Sequence record: MH243438.1
DNA length: 64,000 nt
Source of the DNA: Escherichia phage vB_EcoM_NBG1
Direction: 5' to 3' (one strand)
Of the stretch, positions 28,706-43,093 are shown in pieces. Every line of letters begins with the position of its first letter. The first letter of the stretch is position 1. Below the pieces are notes generated by a model. That model saw nothing but the letters and a program-made list of their open reading frames with translations, was not told where the DNA came from and made no database searches. A program made the position numbers and the translations under genes.

Positions 28706-30285
28706 GTAATAACAATACATACCAACACGTTTCAAACGAATCCATTTACGTTGAATTCGACCCTACGGGGTCGAATTTTCCAGATACAGTCACTAATGTC
28801 CAAGCCGCATTAGCTGCTATTTCTCCTTCAGGTGTTAATGGTGTACCGGAAGCAACAACTACTACACCAGGAATTATTCAAATAGCTACTCCACAAGAAG
28901 TTATTGATGGATTAGATAATAGTAAAGCTGTTACTCCGGCATCACTGAATGCTCGTCTACAATATCCTAATGCAACCGAAACTCAATATGGCTTAACTCG
29001 TTATGCTACTGAAGATGAAGCAGTAACAGGAACTATTGACGATGCATCAATTACTCCGCTTAAATTGAATCAAAAAATAGACGATGTATTTCAGACAAAA
29101 GTGTCAACAGAAGCAACAAATGGTGTAATTAAAATTTCAACTTCTGCTGCGGCATTAGCTGGTTCTGATGATACAACGGCAATGACCCCGTTAAAAACAC
29201 AACAATTAGCAATTAAACTTATTTCACAAATTGCTCCAAATAATAGTGACGCCACCGAATCTATTACCGGTGTTGTTCGTTTGGCTACAGTTGCTCAAGC
29301 ACAACAAGGCACCCTGCGTGAAGGCTATGCAATTTCACCTTATACCTTTATGAATTCAGTAGCATCAGAAACTAATAAAGGTGTCGTTAAACTAGGGACA
29401 CAGACTGAAGTAAATAGTAACAACTCTTCAGTTGTAGTGACCGGCGCAACATTAAACGGACGTGGTGCTACAACTTCTTTACGTGGAGTTGTTCGTTTAA
29501 CTACACAAGCGGGTAGCCAATCAGGTGGTGATGGTTCTTCTGCCCTTGCTTGGAATGCTGATGTTATCCACCAACGAGGCGGACAAACTATTAATGGCAC
29601 GCTTCGCATTAATAATACGTTGACGGTTGGTTCTGGTGGCGCTAATATAACGGGTAATGTCAATATGACCGGTGGTTATATTCAAGGCAATCGTATTGTG
29701 ACTCAAAATGAATTAGACCGAATTCTTCCAGTTGGCGCTATTACAATGTGGGCTGCAGATAGTTTACCGAGTTCTGACTGGCGCTTCTGTCACGGTGGGA
29801 CCGTTTCTGCTTCAGAATGTCCGGTATATGCTTCCAGAATTGGGACACGATATGGCGGTAGTTCTTCTAACCCAGGCTTGCCTGATATGCGTGGATTATT
29901 TGTTCGTGGCTCAGGTCGTGGCTCTCACTTAACAAATCCAAATGTTAATGGTAATGACCAGTTTGGTAAGCCTAGATTAGGTGTAGGTTGTACTGGTGGA
30001 TATGTTGGTGAAGTACAGAAACAACAGATGTCTTATCATAAACACGCTGGCGGATTTGGTGAGCATGATGATTCTGGAGCATTTGGTAATACCCGTAGAT
30101 CAAATTTTGTTGGTACACGTAAAGGACTTGACTGGGATAACCGTTCATACTTCACCAATGACGGATACGAAATTGACCCGGCATCACAACGAAATTCCAA
30201 ATATACATTAAATCGTCCTGAATTAATTGGAAATGAAACACGTCCATGGAACATTTCTTTAAACTATATTATTAAGGTAAAATAA
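28702..30285 (+). CDS. 12: short tail fiber gp12
   Basis: 527 aa, same length as T4 gp12; synteny. Confidence 0.9.
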   Translation: MSNNNTYQHVSNESIYVEFDPTGSNFPDTVTNVQAALAAISPSGVNGVPEATTTTPGIIQIATPQEVIDGLDNSKAVTPASLNARLQYPNATETQYGLTRYATEDEAVTGTIDDASITPLKLNQKIDDVFQTKVSTEATNGVIKISTSAAALAGSDDTTAMTPLKTQQLAIKLISQIAPNNSDATESITGVVRLATVAQAQQGTLREGYAISPYTFMNSVASETNKGVVKLGTQTEVNSNNSSVVVTGATLNGRGATTSLRGVVRLTTQAGSQSGGDGSSALAWNADVIHQRGGQTINGTLRINNTLTVGSGGANITGNVNMTGGYIQGNRIVTQNELDRILPVGAITMWAADSLPSSDWRFCHGGTVSASECPVYASRIGTRYGGSSSNPGLPDMRGLFVRGSGRGSHLTNPNVNGNDQFGKPRLGVGCTGGYVGEVQKQQMSYHKHAGGFGEHDDSGAFGNTRRSNFVGTRKGLDWDNRSYFTNDGYEIDPASQRNSKYTLNRPELIGNETRPWNISLNYIIKVK

Positions 30286-31733
30286 TGACTGATATAACTC
30301 TGGTAGATTTACCATATGTTGACGGTCCGCCAGACGCGGGTCAGAGTCGTATTGAATGGATTAAAAACGATGAAGAAATAACAGGCGCTGACACAAAATA
30401 CGGTTCTGAAGGTGTAATGAACCGTCCTATTGTTGAAGTTCAACGTAACGTAGAAGCGTTAGATGTTAATATTAAAACTATAGCATCTTCTTTGAATACG
30501 GCCAATGAAGATATCAAAGTTATTCAAGGTATTTTAGATGTTTCTGGGGATGTTGATGCTCTTGCACAGATAGGTCAGAACACCCAAGATATCGATGTCA
30601 TTAAAGTCACAGTTCAAACCCATGCTAGTGAATTGAATGATTTGAATGAACATATTGATGCGAATACTGATGATATTGGTGTTTATAATCAGGAAACAGA
30701 TTCAGTTTATAGAACGGTTCGTAACGACCTGCTTTGGATTAAAAATGAATTAGGACAATATACTGGTCAAGATATTAATGGGGTTCCTACTCCAGGAAAT
30801 GATAGCACTGGTATGAAACGCCGTATTATGACTAATAGCTCCGTAATTGTTGACCATGGCGTTCGATTAACTGATTTAGAAACTAAATTTGCTGATTCTG
30901 ATGTTGGCTCTTTAACTATTGAAGTCGAACACTTGCGCGAAGAAATGGGGCCTCGTACTTCTTTCACTACCCCGGTGTTTAGTCGTCTTTCCAGTATTGA
31001 TTTAACTTTGTCGCGTCAAAATGCTGACTTGGATGGCATTAAACAGTCTATTGGGTATCCTAATACGACTTCTATTATTACTACCACTAATGCAAATAGT
31101 TCAGCAATAAATGACATTAATCTTGAGCTCAATCAATCAGGTGGTATTAAACCTCGTTTGACTACGGTAGAAACTGCCATTGGCGCTGATGATTTGCCTA
31201 CTACAATCCAAGGACGTATTAAACTCAATACTGATGCTATCGGAGCATTGAACACTGTTGTCGGCTCTGATTCTTCGTCAGGACTGCGTTTTAATGTGTC
31301 ATGGTTAAATAACGTAGTCGGTGTTGACGCTTCAGGTGGGAAACCGGAACCAGACGGCTCTTTGCTTTATCGTACTCGAGAGCTTGAAGGAACTATCAGT
31401 GGGATGAGTAATGACATTCAGAACATTCAAACTGATGTTGGGACTAATAGCACAGGAATTAAGGGTTCTGTAAACACATTAAATACTCTTATAAATGGCA
31501 CCAACCCAAATGGTTCGACTGTTGAAGAACGCGGTATATTGCCTACAGTTAAAAGTCATGATACGACAATTAATGGTTTAACTTCTAGAATTGCTACTCT
31601 TGAAACTGATTTGGCCGCTGCAGAAGCTGAAATCCAAACTCTTAAGGAAGCTGGATATATTGAAGATGCTCCTTCAGACGGTAAATTCTATGTTCGCAAA
31701 GATGGTGCATGGGTTGAACTTCCTACAGCTTAA
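30285..31733 (+). CDS. wac: fibritin (whisker)
   Basis: Coiled-coil protein ending in foldon-like GYIEDAPSDGKFYVRKDGAWVELPTA. Confidence 0.9.
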   Translation: MTDITLVDLPYVDGPPDAGQSRIEWIKNDEEITGADTKYGSEGVMNRPIVEVQRNVEALDVNIKTIASSLNTANEDIKVIQGILDVSGDVDALAQIGQNTQDIDVIKVTVQTHASELNDLNEHIDANTDDIGVYNQETDSVYRTVRNDLLWIKNELGQYTGQDINGVPTPGNDSTGMKRRIMTNSSVIVDHGVRLTDLETKFADSDVGSLTIEVEHLREEMGPRTSFTTPVFSRLSSIDLTLSRQNADLDGIKQSIGYPNTTSIITTTNANSSAINDINLELNQSGGIKPRLTTVETAIGADDLPTTIQGRIKLNTDAIGALNTVVGSDSSSGLRFNVSWLNNVVGVDASGGKPEPDGSLLYRTRELEGTISGMSNDIQNIQTDVGTNSTGIKGSVNTLNTLINGTNPNGSTVEERGILPTVKSHDTTINGLTSRIATLETDLAAAEAEIQTLKEAGYIEDAPSDGKFYVRKDGAWVELPTA

Positions 31734-31738
31734 TGAAA

Positions 31739-31754
31739 AGGGCCTTCGGGCCCT
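31739..31754 (+). other. stable hairpin AGGGCC-uucg-GGCCCU after wac (no U-run)
   Basis: 6-bp stem with UUCG tetraloop between wac and gene 13. Confidence 0.5.
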
Positions 31755-31765
31755 AAAGGATTTAT

Positions 31766-32692
31766 ATGTCAGGTTATAATGCACAAAACCCTAAAGAATT
31801 AAAGGACGTAATATTACGTCGTTTAGGCGCTCCTATTGTAAATGTTGAATTAACTACAGACCAAATTTATGATTGTATTTCACGAGCGTTAGAACTTTAT
31901 GGCGAATACCATTTTGACGGGTTGAATAAAGGTTTCCATGTATTTTTTGTTGATGACGAAGAAAAATACCGTCACGGCGTATTTGATATGCGTGGTTCTA
32001 ACGTATTTGCCGTAACAAGAATTATAAGAACAAATGTTGGCTCTATTACTTCAATGGATGGTAATGCAACTTATCCATGGTTCACTGATTTCCTTTTAGG
32101 AATGGCTGGTGTTTCAGGTGGTATGGGTAGTAATTGTGGTAAATTCTACGGCCCGAACGCTTTTGGCGCAGACCTTGGGTATTATTCTCAATTAGTATCT
32201 TATATGGGTATGCTTCAAGATATGATTGCTCCTCTTCCAGATTTTTGGTTTAACTCTGCAAACGAGCAATTAAAAGTAATGGGTAACTTTAGACAGAAAG
32301 ATGTCATTATCGTTGAATCATATGTTCGCTCTTATATCGAGACCCATAAGATGGTAGGAAATACAGTAGGGTACGGACAGGTCGGTCCTCGTGATTCATG
32401 GTCTATTTCTGAACGTTATGATAATCCAGACCATAATTTGGTCGGACGACGAGTTGGTGAAGATCCTGCAACTAAACAAGGCGCATACAACAACCGCTGG
32501 GTTAAAGATTATGCAACTGCATTAGCTAAAGAGCTTAATGGACAAATTCTTGCTAAACATCAAGGTATGATGTTACCGGGTGGCGTCACTGTTGATGGTG
32601 TTCGATTAATTGAAGAAGCTCGTTTAGAGAAAGAAGCTTTACGAGAAGAGTTATATTTACTGGACCCTCCTGCAGGTATTTTGGTAGGTTAA
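31766..32692 (+). CDS. 13: neck protein gp13
   Basis: 308 aa, synteny. Confidence 0.9.
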   Translation: MSGYNAQNPKELKDVILRRLGAPIVNVELTTDQIYDCISRALELYGEYHFDGLNKGFHVFFVDDEEKYRHGVFDMRGSNVFAVTRIIRTNVGSITSMDGNATYPWFTDFLLGMAGVSGGMGSNCGKFYGPNAFGADLGYYSQLVSYMGMLQDMIAPLPDFWFNSANEQLKVMGNFRQKDVIIVESYVRSYIETHKMVGNTVGYGQVGPRDSWSISERYDNPDHNLVGRRVGEDPATKQGAYNNRWVKDYATALAKELNGQILAKHQGMMLPGGVTVDGVRLIEEARLEKEALREELYLLDPPAGILVG

Positions 32693-32693
32693 T

Positions 32694-33458
32694 ATGGCAA
32701 CTTATGATAAAAATCTTTTCGCCAAGCTAGAAAATCGTGGTGGGTATTCTCAGACAAATGAGACCGAAATCCTCAATCCATTTGTCAATTTTAATAACTA
32801 TGAGAATAGTCAGACATTAGCCGATGTTCTAGTGGCAGAAAGCATACAGATGCGCGGTATTGAATGTTTTTATGTTCCACGTGAATATGTTGCCGTGGAC
32901 CTTATCTTTGGTGAGGACCTTAAAAATAAATTTACTAAAGCATGGAAATTTGCTGCATATCTGAACTCTTTTGAAGGTTATGAAGGAGCGAAATCGTTCT
33001 TTAGCAACTTCGGAATGCAAGTTCAAGACGAAGTTACATTATCTATTAACCCGGGTCTTTTCAAACACCAGGTCAACAATCAGGAGCCTAAGGAAGGTGA
33101 TTTAATATACTTCCCAATGGACAACAGTTTGTTTGAGATTAACTGGGTTGAACCATATGACCCATTCTATCAAGTAGGTAAAAATGCGATTCGTAAAATT
33201 ACCGCAGGCAAGTTTATTTACTCTGGCGAAGAAATCAATCCGGTGCTTCAGAAAAATGAAGGTATCAATATACCTGAATTTAGTGACTTGGAACTTAACC
33301 CTGTTAGAAATCTTGACGGTATCCATGACATTAATATCGATGAGTATTCTGAAGTTGAGCAAATCAATTCAGAGGCAAGTGAATACGTTGAGCCGTATGT
33401 AGTAGTTAACAACCGTGGTAGACAAAATTCACCATTTGACGATGGGTTTATGAATTAA
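32694..33458 (+). CDS. 14: neck protein gp14
   Basis: 254 aa, synteny. Confidence 0.9.
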   Translation: MATYDKNLFAKLENRGGYSQTNETEILNPFVNFNNYENSQTLADVLVAESIQMRGIECFYVPREYVAVDLIFGEDLKNKFTKAWKFAAYLNSFEGYEGAKSFFSNFGMQVQDEVTLSINPGLFKHQVNNQEPKEGDLIYFPMDNSLFEINWVEPYDPFYQVGKNAIRKITAGKFIYSGEEINPVLQKNEGINIPEFSDLELNPVRNLDGIHDINIDEYSEVEQINSEASEYVEPYVVVNNRGRQNSPFDDGFMN

Positions 33459-33482
33459 TAAATAGATAAGATAAAGCAAACA

Positions 33483-33498
33483 CCGGTCGAAAGGCCGG
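33483..33498 (+). other. hairpin CCGGUC-gaaa-GGCCGG in the gene 15 leader
   Basis: 6-bp stem (one GU) with GAAA tetraloop immediately before SD AGGAG. Confidence 0.45.
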
Positions 33499-33507
33499 TT
33501 AGGAGAA

Positions 33508-34332
33508 ATGATGTTTGGTTATTTTTACAACTCGTCGTTCAGGCGATATATCACAATGATGGGCGATTTGTTTTCAAATATCCAAGTTAACCGTCAATTG
33601 TCTACAGGCAATAAATTAATTAGAGTTCCTATTACGTATGCATCTAAAGAGCACTTTATGATGAAACTTAATAAATGGACCTCTATAAACTCACAAGAAG
33701 ATGTGGCTAAAGTCGAAACTATTCTACCACGTATAAATCTCCAAATGGTAGATTTCGTTTATAACCCAACGTTTAAAACGAATATATTGAATAACTCTCT
33801 TTTGAGTAAATCGACTAAGGATATTGTAGACCAATACAACCCATCACCAATTAAAATGATTTTTGAACTGAGCATCTTTACTCGTTATGAAGATGATATG
33901 TTCCAAATCGTTGAGCAAATTATTCCATATTTTCAGCCGCATTTTAATACGACTATGATTGAGCAATATGGGCAGGATATTCCATTTGAAAGGGATATTA
34001 AAGTCGTATGGATGGCAGCAGCAATGGATGAACAAATAGACGGTGATAATTTATCCCGTCGACGTTTAGAGTGGTCATTAACATTTGAAGTAAATGGATG
34101 GATGTATCCTCCGGTAGGCGCAGCTGAAGGCCTTATTAAAACGACTTATCTTGATTTTCATGCTAATGAACGAGACCTTCAAACAGCCGCCAGTGTTTTT
34201 GAATCAGTTGATACAGAAATTAAACCGAGAGACGTTGAAGCACAAGATTGGAATGGTGAAGTTGAACAAACTTATACTCATGATATTCCAATCCCGACTC
34301 CACCAACCCCTCCTGGTCCTAGAAAACAATAA
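33508..34332 (+). CDS. 15: tail sheath stabilizer / completion protein gp15
   Basis: 274 aa, synteny. Confidence 0.9.
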   Translation: MMFGYFYNSSFRRYITMMGDLFSNIQVNRQLSTGNKLIRVPITYASKEHFMMKLNKWTSINSQEDVAKVETILPRINLQMVDFVYNPTFKTNILNNSLLSKSTKDIVDQYNPSPIKMIFELSIFTRYEDDMFQIVEQIIPYFQPHFNTTMIEQYGQDIPFERDIKVVWMAAAMDEQIDGDNLSRRRLEWSLTFEVNGWMYPPVGAAEGLIKTTYLDFHANERDLQTAASVFESVDTEIKPRDVEAQDWNGEVEQTYTHDIPIPTPPTPPGPRKQ

Positions 34333-34341
34333 GAGGTAAAT

Positions 34342-36655
<2,314 letters not shown>

Positions 36656-36685
36656 ATAAAATAAAGCAAATTAAGAGGAATTAAA

Positions 36686-38668
36686 ATGGCACTTCTCTCT
36701 CCGGGCGTTGAGCTCAAAGAAACTACCGTACAGAGTACTGTAGTTAATAACTCCACTGGTACTGCTGCCCTGGCTGGAAAATTCCAATGGGGACCTGCAT
36801 TCCAGATTAAACAAATCACTGATGAAGTTGCATTGGTTGATATGTTTGGTACTCCTAATACAGATACAGCAGATTATTTCATGTCTGCTATGAACTTCCT
36901 TCAATATGGTAATGACCTTCGTGTTGTACGCGCAGTTGATCGTGATACTGCTAAGAACTCATCTCCTGTAGCAGGCAATATTGAATTCACAATCTCTGCT
37001 GCTGGTAGTAACTATGCAGTTGGTGATAAAATTATCGTTAAGTATTTGACCGAAACTGTTGAAGCAGATGGTTATGTCACTTCAGTTGATGTCGATGGTA
37101 AAATTCTTAACATTTATATCCCAACCGGTAAAATTATTGCTCGTGCAAAAGAAATTAATGAATATCCGGCATTGGGTTCTAACTGGACCGCCGAAGTTGC
37201 CAGTTCTTCTTCTGGACTCTCTGGCGTTATTACAATTGGTTCTATCGTAACCGATTCAGGTATTCTGTTAACTGAAGTTGAAACTTCTGAAGAAGCTATT
37301 ACTTCTCTAACTTTCCAAGAATCTATTAAAAAATATGGTGTCCCAGGCGTAGTTGCTCTTTATCCTGGTGAACTTGGCGACCAGCTCGAAATTGAAATCG
37401 TATCTAAAGCAGACTATGACAAAGGTGCTTCAGCCCAGTTAAAAATTTATCCTGATGGTGGTACTCGTGCATCTACGGCTAAAGCAATCTTTGGGTATGG
37501 CCCACAAACTGATGACCAATATGCAATTATCGTTCGTCGTAACGATGCTGTAGTTCAGAGCGTAATTCTTTCTACTAAACGCGGTGAACGCGATATTTAT
37601 GGTAGTAATATCTTTATTGATGATTTCTTTGCTAAAGGCGCAAGCAATTATATTTTCGCTACGGCACAAGGTTGGCCAAAAGGTTTCTCTGGCGTAATCA
37701 AACTGGGTGGTGGCTTATCATCTAATGAAACGGTTGACGCTGGTGATTTAATGGAAGCTTGGGATTTGTTTGCTGACCGCGAATCTGTTAATGCGCAGTT
37801 GTTTATTGCCGGTTCTTGTGCAGGTGAATCTTTAGAAGTTGCTTCTACAGTTCAGAAACATGTTGTAGCAATTGGTGATTCTCGCCAAGATTGCTTGGTT
37901 CTTTGCTCACCGCCACGTGCAACTATAGTCGGTATTCCTGTTAATCGTGCAGTTGATAATCTGGTTGATTGGCGTACTGCATCAGGAACTTACACTGATA
38001 ATAACTTTAATGTAAGTTCTACTTATGCTGCTATTGACGGTAACTATAAATATCAATATGACAAATATAATGACGTGAATCGTTGGGTTCCGTTAGCTGC
38101 TGATATTGCAGGTCTTTGTGCTCGCACAGACAATATTTCTCAGCCTTGGATGTCTCCGGCTGGTTATAACCGTGGACAAATTCTTAACGTTATTAAGCTT
38201 GCAATTGAAACTCGTCAACCACAACGTGATCGTTTGTATCAGGAAGCTATTAACCCTGTTACTGGTACCGGTGGCGATGGATATGTTCTGTATGGTGATA
38301 AAACTGCCACTTCCGTTCCTTCACCATTTGACCGTATTAACGTTCGTCGTTTGTTCAATATGGTTAAAACGAACATTGGTTCAGCATCTAAATATCGCCT
38401 GTTTGAATTGAACAACGCATTTACCCGTTCTTCTTTCCGTACAGAGACTTCTCAATATCTACAGGGTATTAAAGCTCTCGGTGGTGTATATAACTTTAAA
38501 GTTGTTTGTGATACTACCAATAACACCCCAGCAGTTATCGACCGTAATGAATTTGTAGCTACTTTCTACTTACAACCTGCCCGCTCGATAAATTATATTA
38601 CGTTGAACTTTGTAGCAACAGCAACTGGTGCCGATTTCGACGAACTGATTGGTGCTGTAGGTGGTTAA
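36686..38668 (+). CDS. 18: tail sheath protein gp18
   Basis: 660 aa, synteny. Confidence 0.93.
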   Translation: MALLSPGVELKETTVQSTVVNNSTGTAALAGKFQWGPAFQIKQITDEVALVDMFGTPNTDTADYFMSAMNFLQYGNDLRVVRAVDRDTAKNSSPVAGNIEFTISAAGSNYAVGDKIIVKYLTETVEADGYVTSVDVDGKILNIYIPTGKIIARAKEINEYPALGSNWTAEVASSSSGLSGVITIGSIVTDSGILLTEVETSEEAITSLTFQESIKKYGVPGVVALYPGELGDQLEIEIVSKADYDKGASAQLKIYPDGGTRASTAKAIFGYGPQTDDQYAIIVRRNDAVVQSVILSTKRGERDIYGSNIFIDDFFAKGASNYIFATAQGWPKGFSGVIKLGGGLSSNETVDAGDLMEAWDLFADRESVNAQLFIAGSCAGESLEVASTVQKHVVAIGDSRQDCLVLCSPPRATIVGIPVNRAVDNLVDWRTASGTYTDNNFNVSSTYAAIDGNYKYQYDKYNDVNRWVPLAADIAGLCARTDNISQPWMSPAGYNRGQILNVIKLAIETRQPQRDRLYQEAINPVTGTGGDGYVLYGDKTATSVPSPFDRINVRRLFNMVKTNIGSASKYRLFELNNAFTRSSFRTETSQYLQGIKALGGVYNFKVVCDTTNNTPAVIDRNEFVATFYLQPARSINYITLNFVATATGADFDELIGAVGG

Positions 38669-38679
38669 TAAGACGCCTG

Positions 38680-38701
38680 ATGGGCTATTTCGGTAGCCCA
38701 T
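38680..38701 (+). other. hairpin ATGGGCTA-loop-TAGCCCAT after gene 18
   Basis: 8-bp stem; its 3' arm abuts the late promoter. Confidence 0.5.
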
Positions 38702-38708
38702 ATAAATA
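38701..38708 (+). promoter_or_regulatory. late promoter TATAAATA for gene 19
   Basis: Exact TATAAATA between the two hairpins upstream of gp19. Confidence 0.65.
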
Positions 38709-38734
38709 TACTATATCGTTTAAAAATTAATTCT

Positions 38735-38762
38735 ATGGGCATCCGGTTAATCCTAAGCCCAT
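38735..38762 (+). other. second hairpin ATGGGC...GCCCAT in the gene 19 leader
   Basis: 6-bp stem with 16-nt loop; arms identical in sequence to those of the 38680-38701 hairpin. Confidence 0.45.
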
Positions 38763-38780
38763 ATTACTACAGAGGCTAAT

Positions 38781-39272
38781 ATGTTTGTAGATGACGTAAC
38801 TCGTGCCTTCGAATCTGGTGATTTCGCTCGCCCTAACCTGTTCGAAGTAGAAATCTCTTATCTTGGGCAAAACTTTAGCTTCCAGTGTCGTGCTACGGCT
38901 CTTCCTGCTGCAATCGTTGAAAAGGTTCCTGTTTCTTATATGAACCGTAAAATTAACGTGGCCGGTGACCGTACATTCGATGATTGGACTATTACAGTAA
39001 TGAACGATGATGCCCATAGCATTCGTCAGAAATTTGTTGATTGGCAAGGTATTGCAGCAGGTCAAGGTAATGAAATTACCGGTGGTAAACCTGCTGAATA
39101 TAAAAAGACTGCTATCGTTCGTCAATTTGCTCGTGATGCTAAAACGGTCACTAAAGAAGTTGAAATTGTCGGCTTGTGGCCTACTAACGTTGGTGAAGTA
39201 TCTCTTGACTGGGACAGTAATAACGAGATTGAAACGTTCGAAGTAACTCTTGCTCTTGATTGGTGGGAATAA
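38781..39272 (+). CDS. 19: tail tube protein gp19
   Basis: 163 aa, same as T4 gp19. Confidence 0.93.
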   Translation: MFVDDVTRAFESGDFARPNLFEVEISYLGQNFSFQCRATALPAAIVEKVPVSYMNRKINVAGDRTFDDWTITVMNDDAHSIRQKFVDWQGIAAGQGNEITGGKPAEYKKTAIVRQFARDAKTVTKEVEIVGLWPTNVGEVSLDWDSNNEIETFEVTLALDWWE

Positions 39273-39278
39273 TCTGGT

Positions 39279-39294
39279 TGGGGAGAAATCCCCA
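39279..39294 (+). other. hairpin UGGGGA-gaaa-UCCCCA after gene 19
   Basis: 6-bp stem with GAAA tetraloop. Confidence 0.5.
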
Positions 39295-39320
39295 GCTTCC
39301 CGTGATGACGGAGAAGTCCA

Positions 39321-39328
39321 TATAAATA
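39321..39328 (+). promoter_or_regulatory. late promoter TATAAATA for gene 20
   Basis: Exact TATAAATATAACTATA ~30 nt upstream of the gp20 ATG. Confidence 0.65.
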
Positions 39329-39356
39329 TAACTATAATTCCCATTCGGAGAATACA

Positions 39357-40928
39357 ATGAAATTTAATATCTTAAGTTTGTTTGCTCCATGGGCAAAAAT
39401 GGACGAACGTGATTACAAAGACCAAGAAAAAGAAAATTTAGAATCTATCACCGCACCAAAATTGGACGACGGCGCTAAAGAATACGAAGTATCTGAAAAT
39501 GAAGCACAGCAAACATATAATGCTATGTTTCAGAGAATGTTCGGTAGTCAAGAACCAGGGCTCAAATCAACCCGTGAATTAATCGATACGTATCGAAATT
39601 TGATGACAAACTATGAAGTGGATAATGCAGTCTCTGAAATAGTTTCCGATGCTATCGTATATGAAGATGATACAGAAGTCGTTTCTATAAATTTAGACAA
39701 CACAAAATTTAGTCCAAATATCAAATCAATGATGTTGGATGAATTTAACGAAGTGTTGAATCATTTATCTTTCCAACGTAAAGGTTCAGATCATTTTAGA
39801 CGTTGGTATGTGGATTCTCGAATTTTCTTCCATAAAATTATTGACCCTAAACGCCCTAAAGAAGGTATTAAAGAGCTTCGTCGTTTAGACCCACGTCAAG
39901 TTCAATATGTCCGTGAAGTTATTACAACCACTGAAGCCGGTGTTAAAATAGTCAAGGGTTATAAAGAATATTTCATTTATGACACATCACACGAATCTTA
40001 TGCTTGTGATGGACGCATATATGAAGCTGGCACAAAAATAAAAATCCCTAAAGCTGCGATTGTTTATGCCCATTCTGGTTTAGTTGATTGTTGTGGTAAA
40101 AATATCATCGGTTATTTGCATCGGGCTATTAAGCCAGCGAACCAATTAAAACTTCTTGAAGATGCTGTCGTAATTTATCGTATTACTCGTGCTCCCGATC
40201 GTCGTGTATGGTACGTTGATACAGGTAATATGCCTTCAAGAAAAGCAGCAGAACATATGCAACATGTTATGAATACGATGAAAAACCGTATTGCATATGA
40301 TGCTACTACAGGCAAGATTAAAAACCAGCAGCATATTATGTCGATGACCGAAGATTATTGGTTACAACGACGTGATGGTAAAGCAGTAACAGAAGTTGAC
40401 ACATTACCAGGTGCAGATAATACTGGAAATATGGAAGATGTACGTTGGTTCCGTAATGCGCTTTATATGGCTTTACGTATTCCTATTACCCGTATTCCAA
40501 GTGACCAAGGTGGTATACAGTTTGATGCTGGTACTTCTATTACACGAGATGAATTATCATTTGGTAAATTTATTCGTGAGCTGCAACATAAATTTGAAGA
40601 GATATTCCTAGACCCGCTTAAAACTAATTTAATTCTTAAAGGAATTATTACAGAAGATGAGTGGAATGATGAAATAAATAATATTAAGATAAAATTTCAT
40701 CGGGATAGTTATTTCTCGGAATTAAAGGATGCTGAGATTCTGGAGCGTCGCATTAATATGCTTCAGATGGCCGAACCATTTATTGGTAAATATATTTCTC
40801 ACAGAACAGCTATGAAAGATATTCTTCAGATGTCTGACGAGGAAATTGAACAAGAGGCTAAGCAAATTGAAGAAGAGTCGAAAGAGGCTCGTTTCCAAGA
40901 CCCCGACCAAGAACAAGAGGATTTTTAA
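39357..40928 (+). CDS. 20: portal vertex protein gp20
   Basis: 523 aa, synteny. Confidence 0.93.
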   Translation: MKFNILSLFAPWAKMDERDYKDQEKENLESITAPKLDDGAKEYEVSENEAQQTYNAMFQRMFGSQEPGLKSTRELIDTYRNLMTNYEVDNAVSEIVSDAIVYEDDTEVVSINLDNTKFSPNIKSMMLDEFNEVLNHLSFQRKGSDHFRRWYVDSRIFFHKIIDPKRPKEGIKELRRLDPRQVQYVREVITTTEAGVKIVKGYKEYFIYDTSHESYACDGRIYEAGTKIKIPKAAIVYAHSGLVDCCGKNIIGYLHRAIKPANQLKLLEDAVVIYRITRAPDRRVWYVDTGNMPSRKAAEHMQHVMNTMKNRIAYDATTGKIKNQQHIMSMTEDYWLQRRDGKAVTEVDTLPGADNTGNMEDVRWFRNALYMALRIPITRIPSDQGGIQFDAGTSITRDELSFGKFIRELQHKFEEIFLDPLKTNLILKGIITEDEWNDEINNIKIKFHRDSYFSELKDAEILERRINMLQMAEPFIGKYISHRTAMKDILQMSDEEIEQEAKQIEEESKEARFQDPDQEQEDF

Positions 40929-41164
40929 TGGACGATTTAATTCAAGCTATTAAATCAAACGACCTCGTTGCTACTCGAAAGTTTTTTGAAAGTGCAATGG
41001 CAGAAAAAACGGTTCGTTTGATTGAAGCACGCAAAGCAGAAATCGCTTCTCAATTTTTGATTGAAGGCGAAGAACCTGAAGAAGAAAAGAAAGCTAAAGC
41101 TTCGGAAGACGACGCTGATGAAGGCGATGACGACGAAGACGATGATGATGAGGACGATGAATAA
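40928..41164 (+). CDS. 67: prohead core protein gp67
   Basis: 78 aa with poly-acidic C-terminus ([19 protein letters not shown]). Confidence 0.85.
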   Translation: MDDLIQAIKSNDLVATRKFFESAMAEKTVRLIEARKAEIASQFLIEGEEPEEEKKAKASEDDADEGDDDEDDDDEDDE

Positions 41165-41589
41165 TGTATCTTATCCCTGAATCTTATGAATTGGTACTCG
41201 AAAATGTCGAAGCACTTATTCCTGAAGCACAGGGCCGAATCGATGCATTGTCTTCTGCTCTCGATATTGACGATATAAATACTATTATCGAGAACATGCT
41301 TGAAACTGAAACGGATTTAGCTGTTGCAATGGCTTCCATTATTAATGAAGAACAGTTAAATGAGTTTATCGTTAAACATGTTTCTTCTCGTGGTGAAGTC
41401 ACCCGCACTAAAGACCGTAAAACTCGTGAACGTAACGCGTTCCAAACAACTGGTCTTTCTAAAGCAAAACGTAGACAAATCGCTCGTAAGGTCGTTAAAG
41501 CTAAAAAAGCTAACCCTTCAGGCCAAGTTAAAGGCTTGCGTAAGCGTAAAAAGGCTCTTAAACGTCGTAAAGCATTAGGATTAAGCTAA
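41164..41589 (+). CDS. 68: prohead core protein gp68
   Basis: 141 aa, synteny. Confidence 0.85.
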   Translation: MYLIPESYELVLENVEALIPEAQGRIDALSSALDIDDINTIIENMLETETDLAVAMASIINEEQLNEFIVKHVSSRGEVTRTKDRKTRERNAFQTTGLSKAKRRQIARKVVKAKKANPSGQVKGLRKRKKALKRRKALGLS

Positions 41590-42230
41590 TGAATAAACCC
41601 GAGTTACTTATTGAAACTTGGGGTCAACCCGGTGAGATTATTGATGGCGTTCCAATGTTGGAATCTCATGATGGAAAAGATTCTGGCTTAAAACCAGGGC
41701 TTTATATAGAAGGTATTTTTCTTCAGGCAGAGGTTGTTAACCGAAATAAACGTTTATATCCTAAACGCGTTTTGGAAAAAGCAGTAAGTGACTATATTAA
41801 AGAACAAGTCGCAACCAAACAAGCCCTTGGAGAATTAAACCATCCACCTCGTGCAAATGTTGACCCTATGCAAGCCGCTATCATTATTGAAGATATGTGG
41901 TGGAAAGGAAACGATGTATATGGACGTGCTAGAATTATTGAAGGCGACCATGGTCCCGGCGATAAATTAGCTGCTAATATACGAGCTGGTTGGATTCCAG
42001 GTGTTTCCTCTCGTGGTCTTGGTTCTTTAACCGACACCAATAAAGGGTACCGTATCGTGAACGAAGGATTTAAATTAACCGTCGGCGTAGATGCCGTATG
42101 GGGACCTTCTGCTCCAGATGCTTGGGTTACTCCTAAACAAATATCAGAATCAGAAAATTCGGTGGAAACCACCAAAAACAGTGCTGATGAAGCATTTAAA
42201 GCTCTCGCAGAGAGTTTAAAAGCATTATAA
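41589..42230 (+). CDS. 21: prohead core scaffold protein and protease gp21
   Basis: 213 aa, synteny. Confidence 0.9.
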   Translation: MNKPELLIETWGQPGEIIDGVPMLESHDGKDSGLKPGLYIEGIFLQAEVVNRNKRLYPKRVLEKAVSDYIKEQVATKQALGELNHPPRANVDPMQAAIIIEDMWWKGNDVYGRARIIEGDHGPGDKLAANIRAGWIPGVSSRGLGSLTDTNKGYRIVNEGFKLTVGVDAVWGPSAPDAWVTPKQISESENSVETTKNSADEAFKALAESLKAL

Positions 42231-42263
42231 ATAATAATGTAATCTAAACCACAGGACACTAAA

Positions 42264-43076
42264 ATGATCAAAGAACAACTTTTGAAAGAAGCTCAGAACA
42301 TCGAGACTTCAGTTGCTCTTAATAGTGTTTTCGAATCAGTAGAACTGTCTCCGGACGTTAAAGCTAATTTCAGCACTGTATTCGAAGCCACCGTTAAGCA
42401 GGAAGCAGTCAAGCTGGCTGAATCTCATATCAAAGCCATCGCCGAAAAAGCCGAAGAAGAAGTTGAAAAGGCTAAAGAAGATGCTGAAGAGAAAGCTGAT
42501 AAAAAATTGGCTGAACAAGCTTCTAAATTCCTAGACCATCTTGCAAAAGAATGGCTCGCAGAAAACCAAATCGCAGTTGATAAAGGCATTAAAGCTGATT
42601 TGTTCGAATCCATGCTTGGTGGTCTGAAAGAACTGTTTGTTGAACATAACGTTGTTGTTCCAGAAGAATCTGTAGATGTTGTAGCAGAAATGGAAGAAGA
42701 GCTGGCCGAACATAAAGAAGAAACCGCTCGTTTGTTCGAAGAAGTTACCAAACGTGATGCATATATCAATTACGTTCAGCGTGAAACCGCTATTAATGAA
42801 AGCGTAAAAGACCTGACTGAATCTCAGAAAGAAAAAGTTATTGGCCTAGTTGAAGGTATGGATTATTCTGACGCATTTGGTACTAAGTTAACTGCTATTG
42901 TAGAAATGGTTAAAGGTTCTACTAAAGAAGAAGCCGCTATTACCGAAAGTATAAATACAGTTGACAATGACGCTGCCGGTCTTAATTTTGTTGCCGAAGC
43001 AGTTGACACTACCACAACTCAGGTAGAACAGAATTCTAATGTAAGTTTATATGCGAAAGTCGCATCTCGTTTCTAA
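42264..43076 (+). CDS. 22: prohead core scaffold protein gp22
   Basis: 270 aa, acidic coiled-coil. Confidence 0.9.
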   Translation: MIKEQLLKEAQNIETSVALNSVFESVELSPDVKANFSTVFEATVKQEAVKLAESHIKAIAEKAEEEVEKAKEDAEEKADKKLAEQASKFLDHLAKEWLAENQIAVDKGIKADLFESMLGGLKELFVEHNVVVPEESVDVVAEMEEELAEHKEETARLFEEVTKRDAYINYVQRETAINESVKDLTESQKEKVIGLVEGMDYSDAFGTKLTAIVEMVKGSTKEEAAITESINTVDNDAAGLNFVAEAVDTTTTQVEQNSNVSLYAKVASRF

Positions 43077-43093
43077 TTTAAAGGTTAACACAA

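Noticed and set aside
38733-39344. Minus-strand 203-aa ORF overlapping gene 19, and similar antisense ORFs inside genes 17, 18, 20, 22, 23 and 29
   Set aside because: Embedded antisense in highly conserved structural genes, no translation signals; the gene 19 one spans the late promoter and hairpins.
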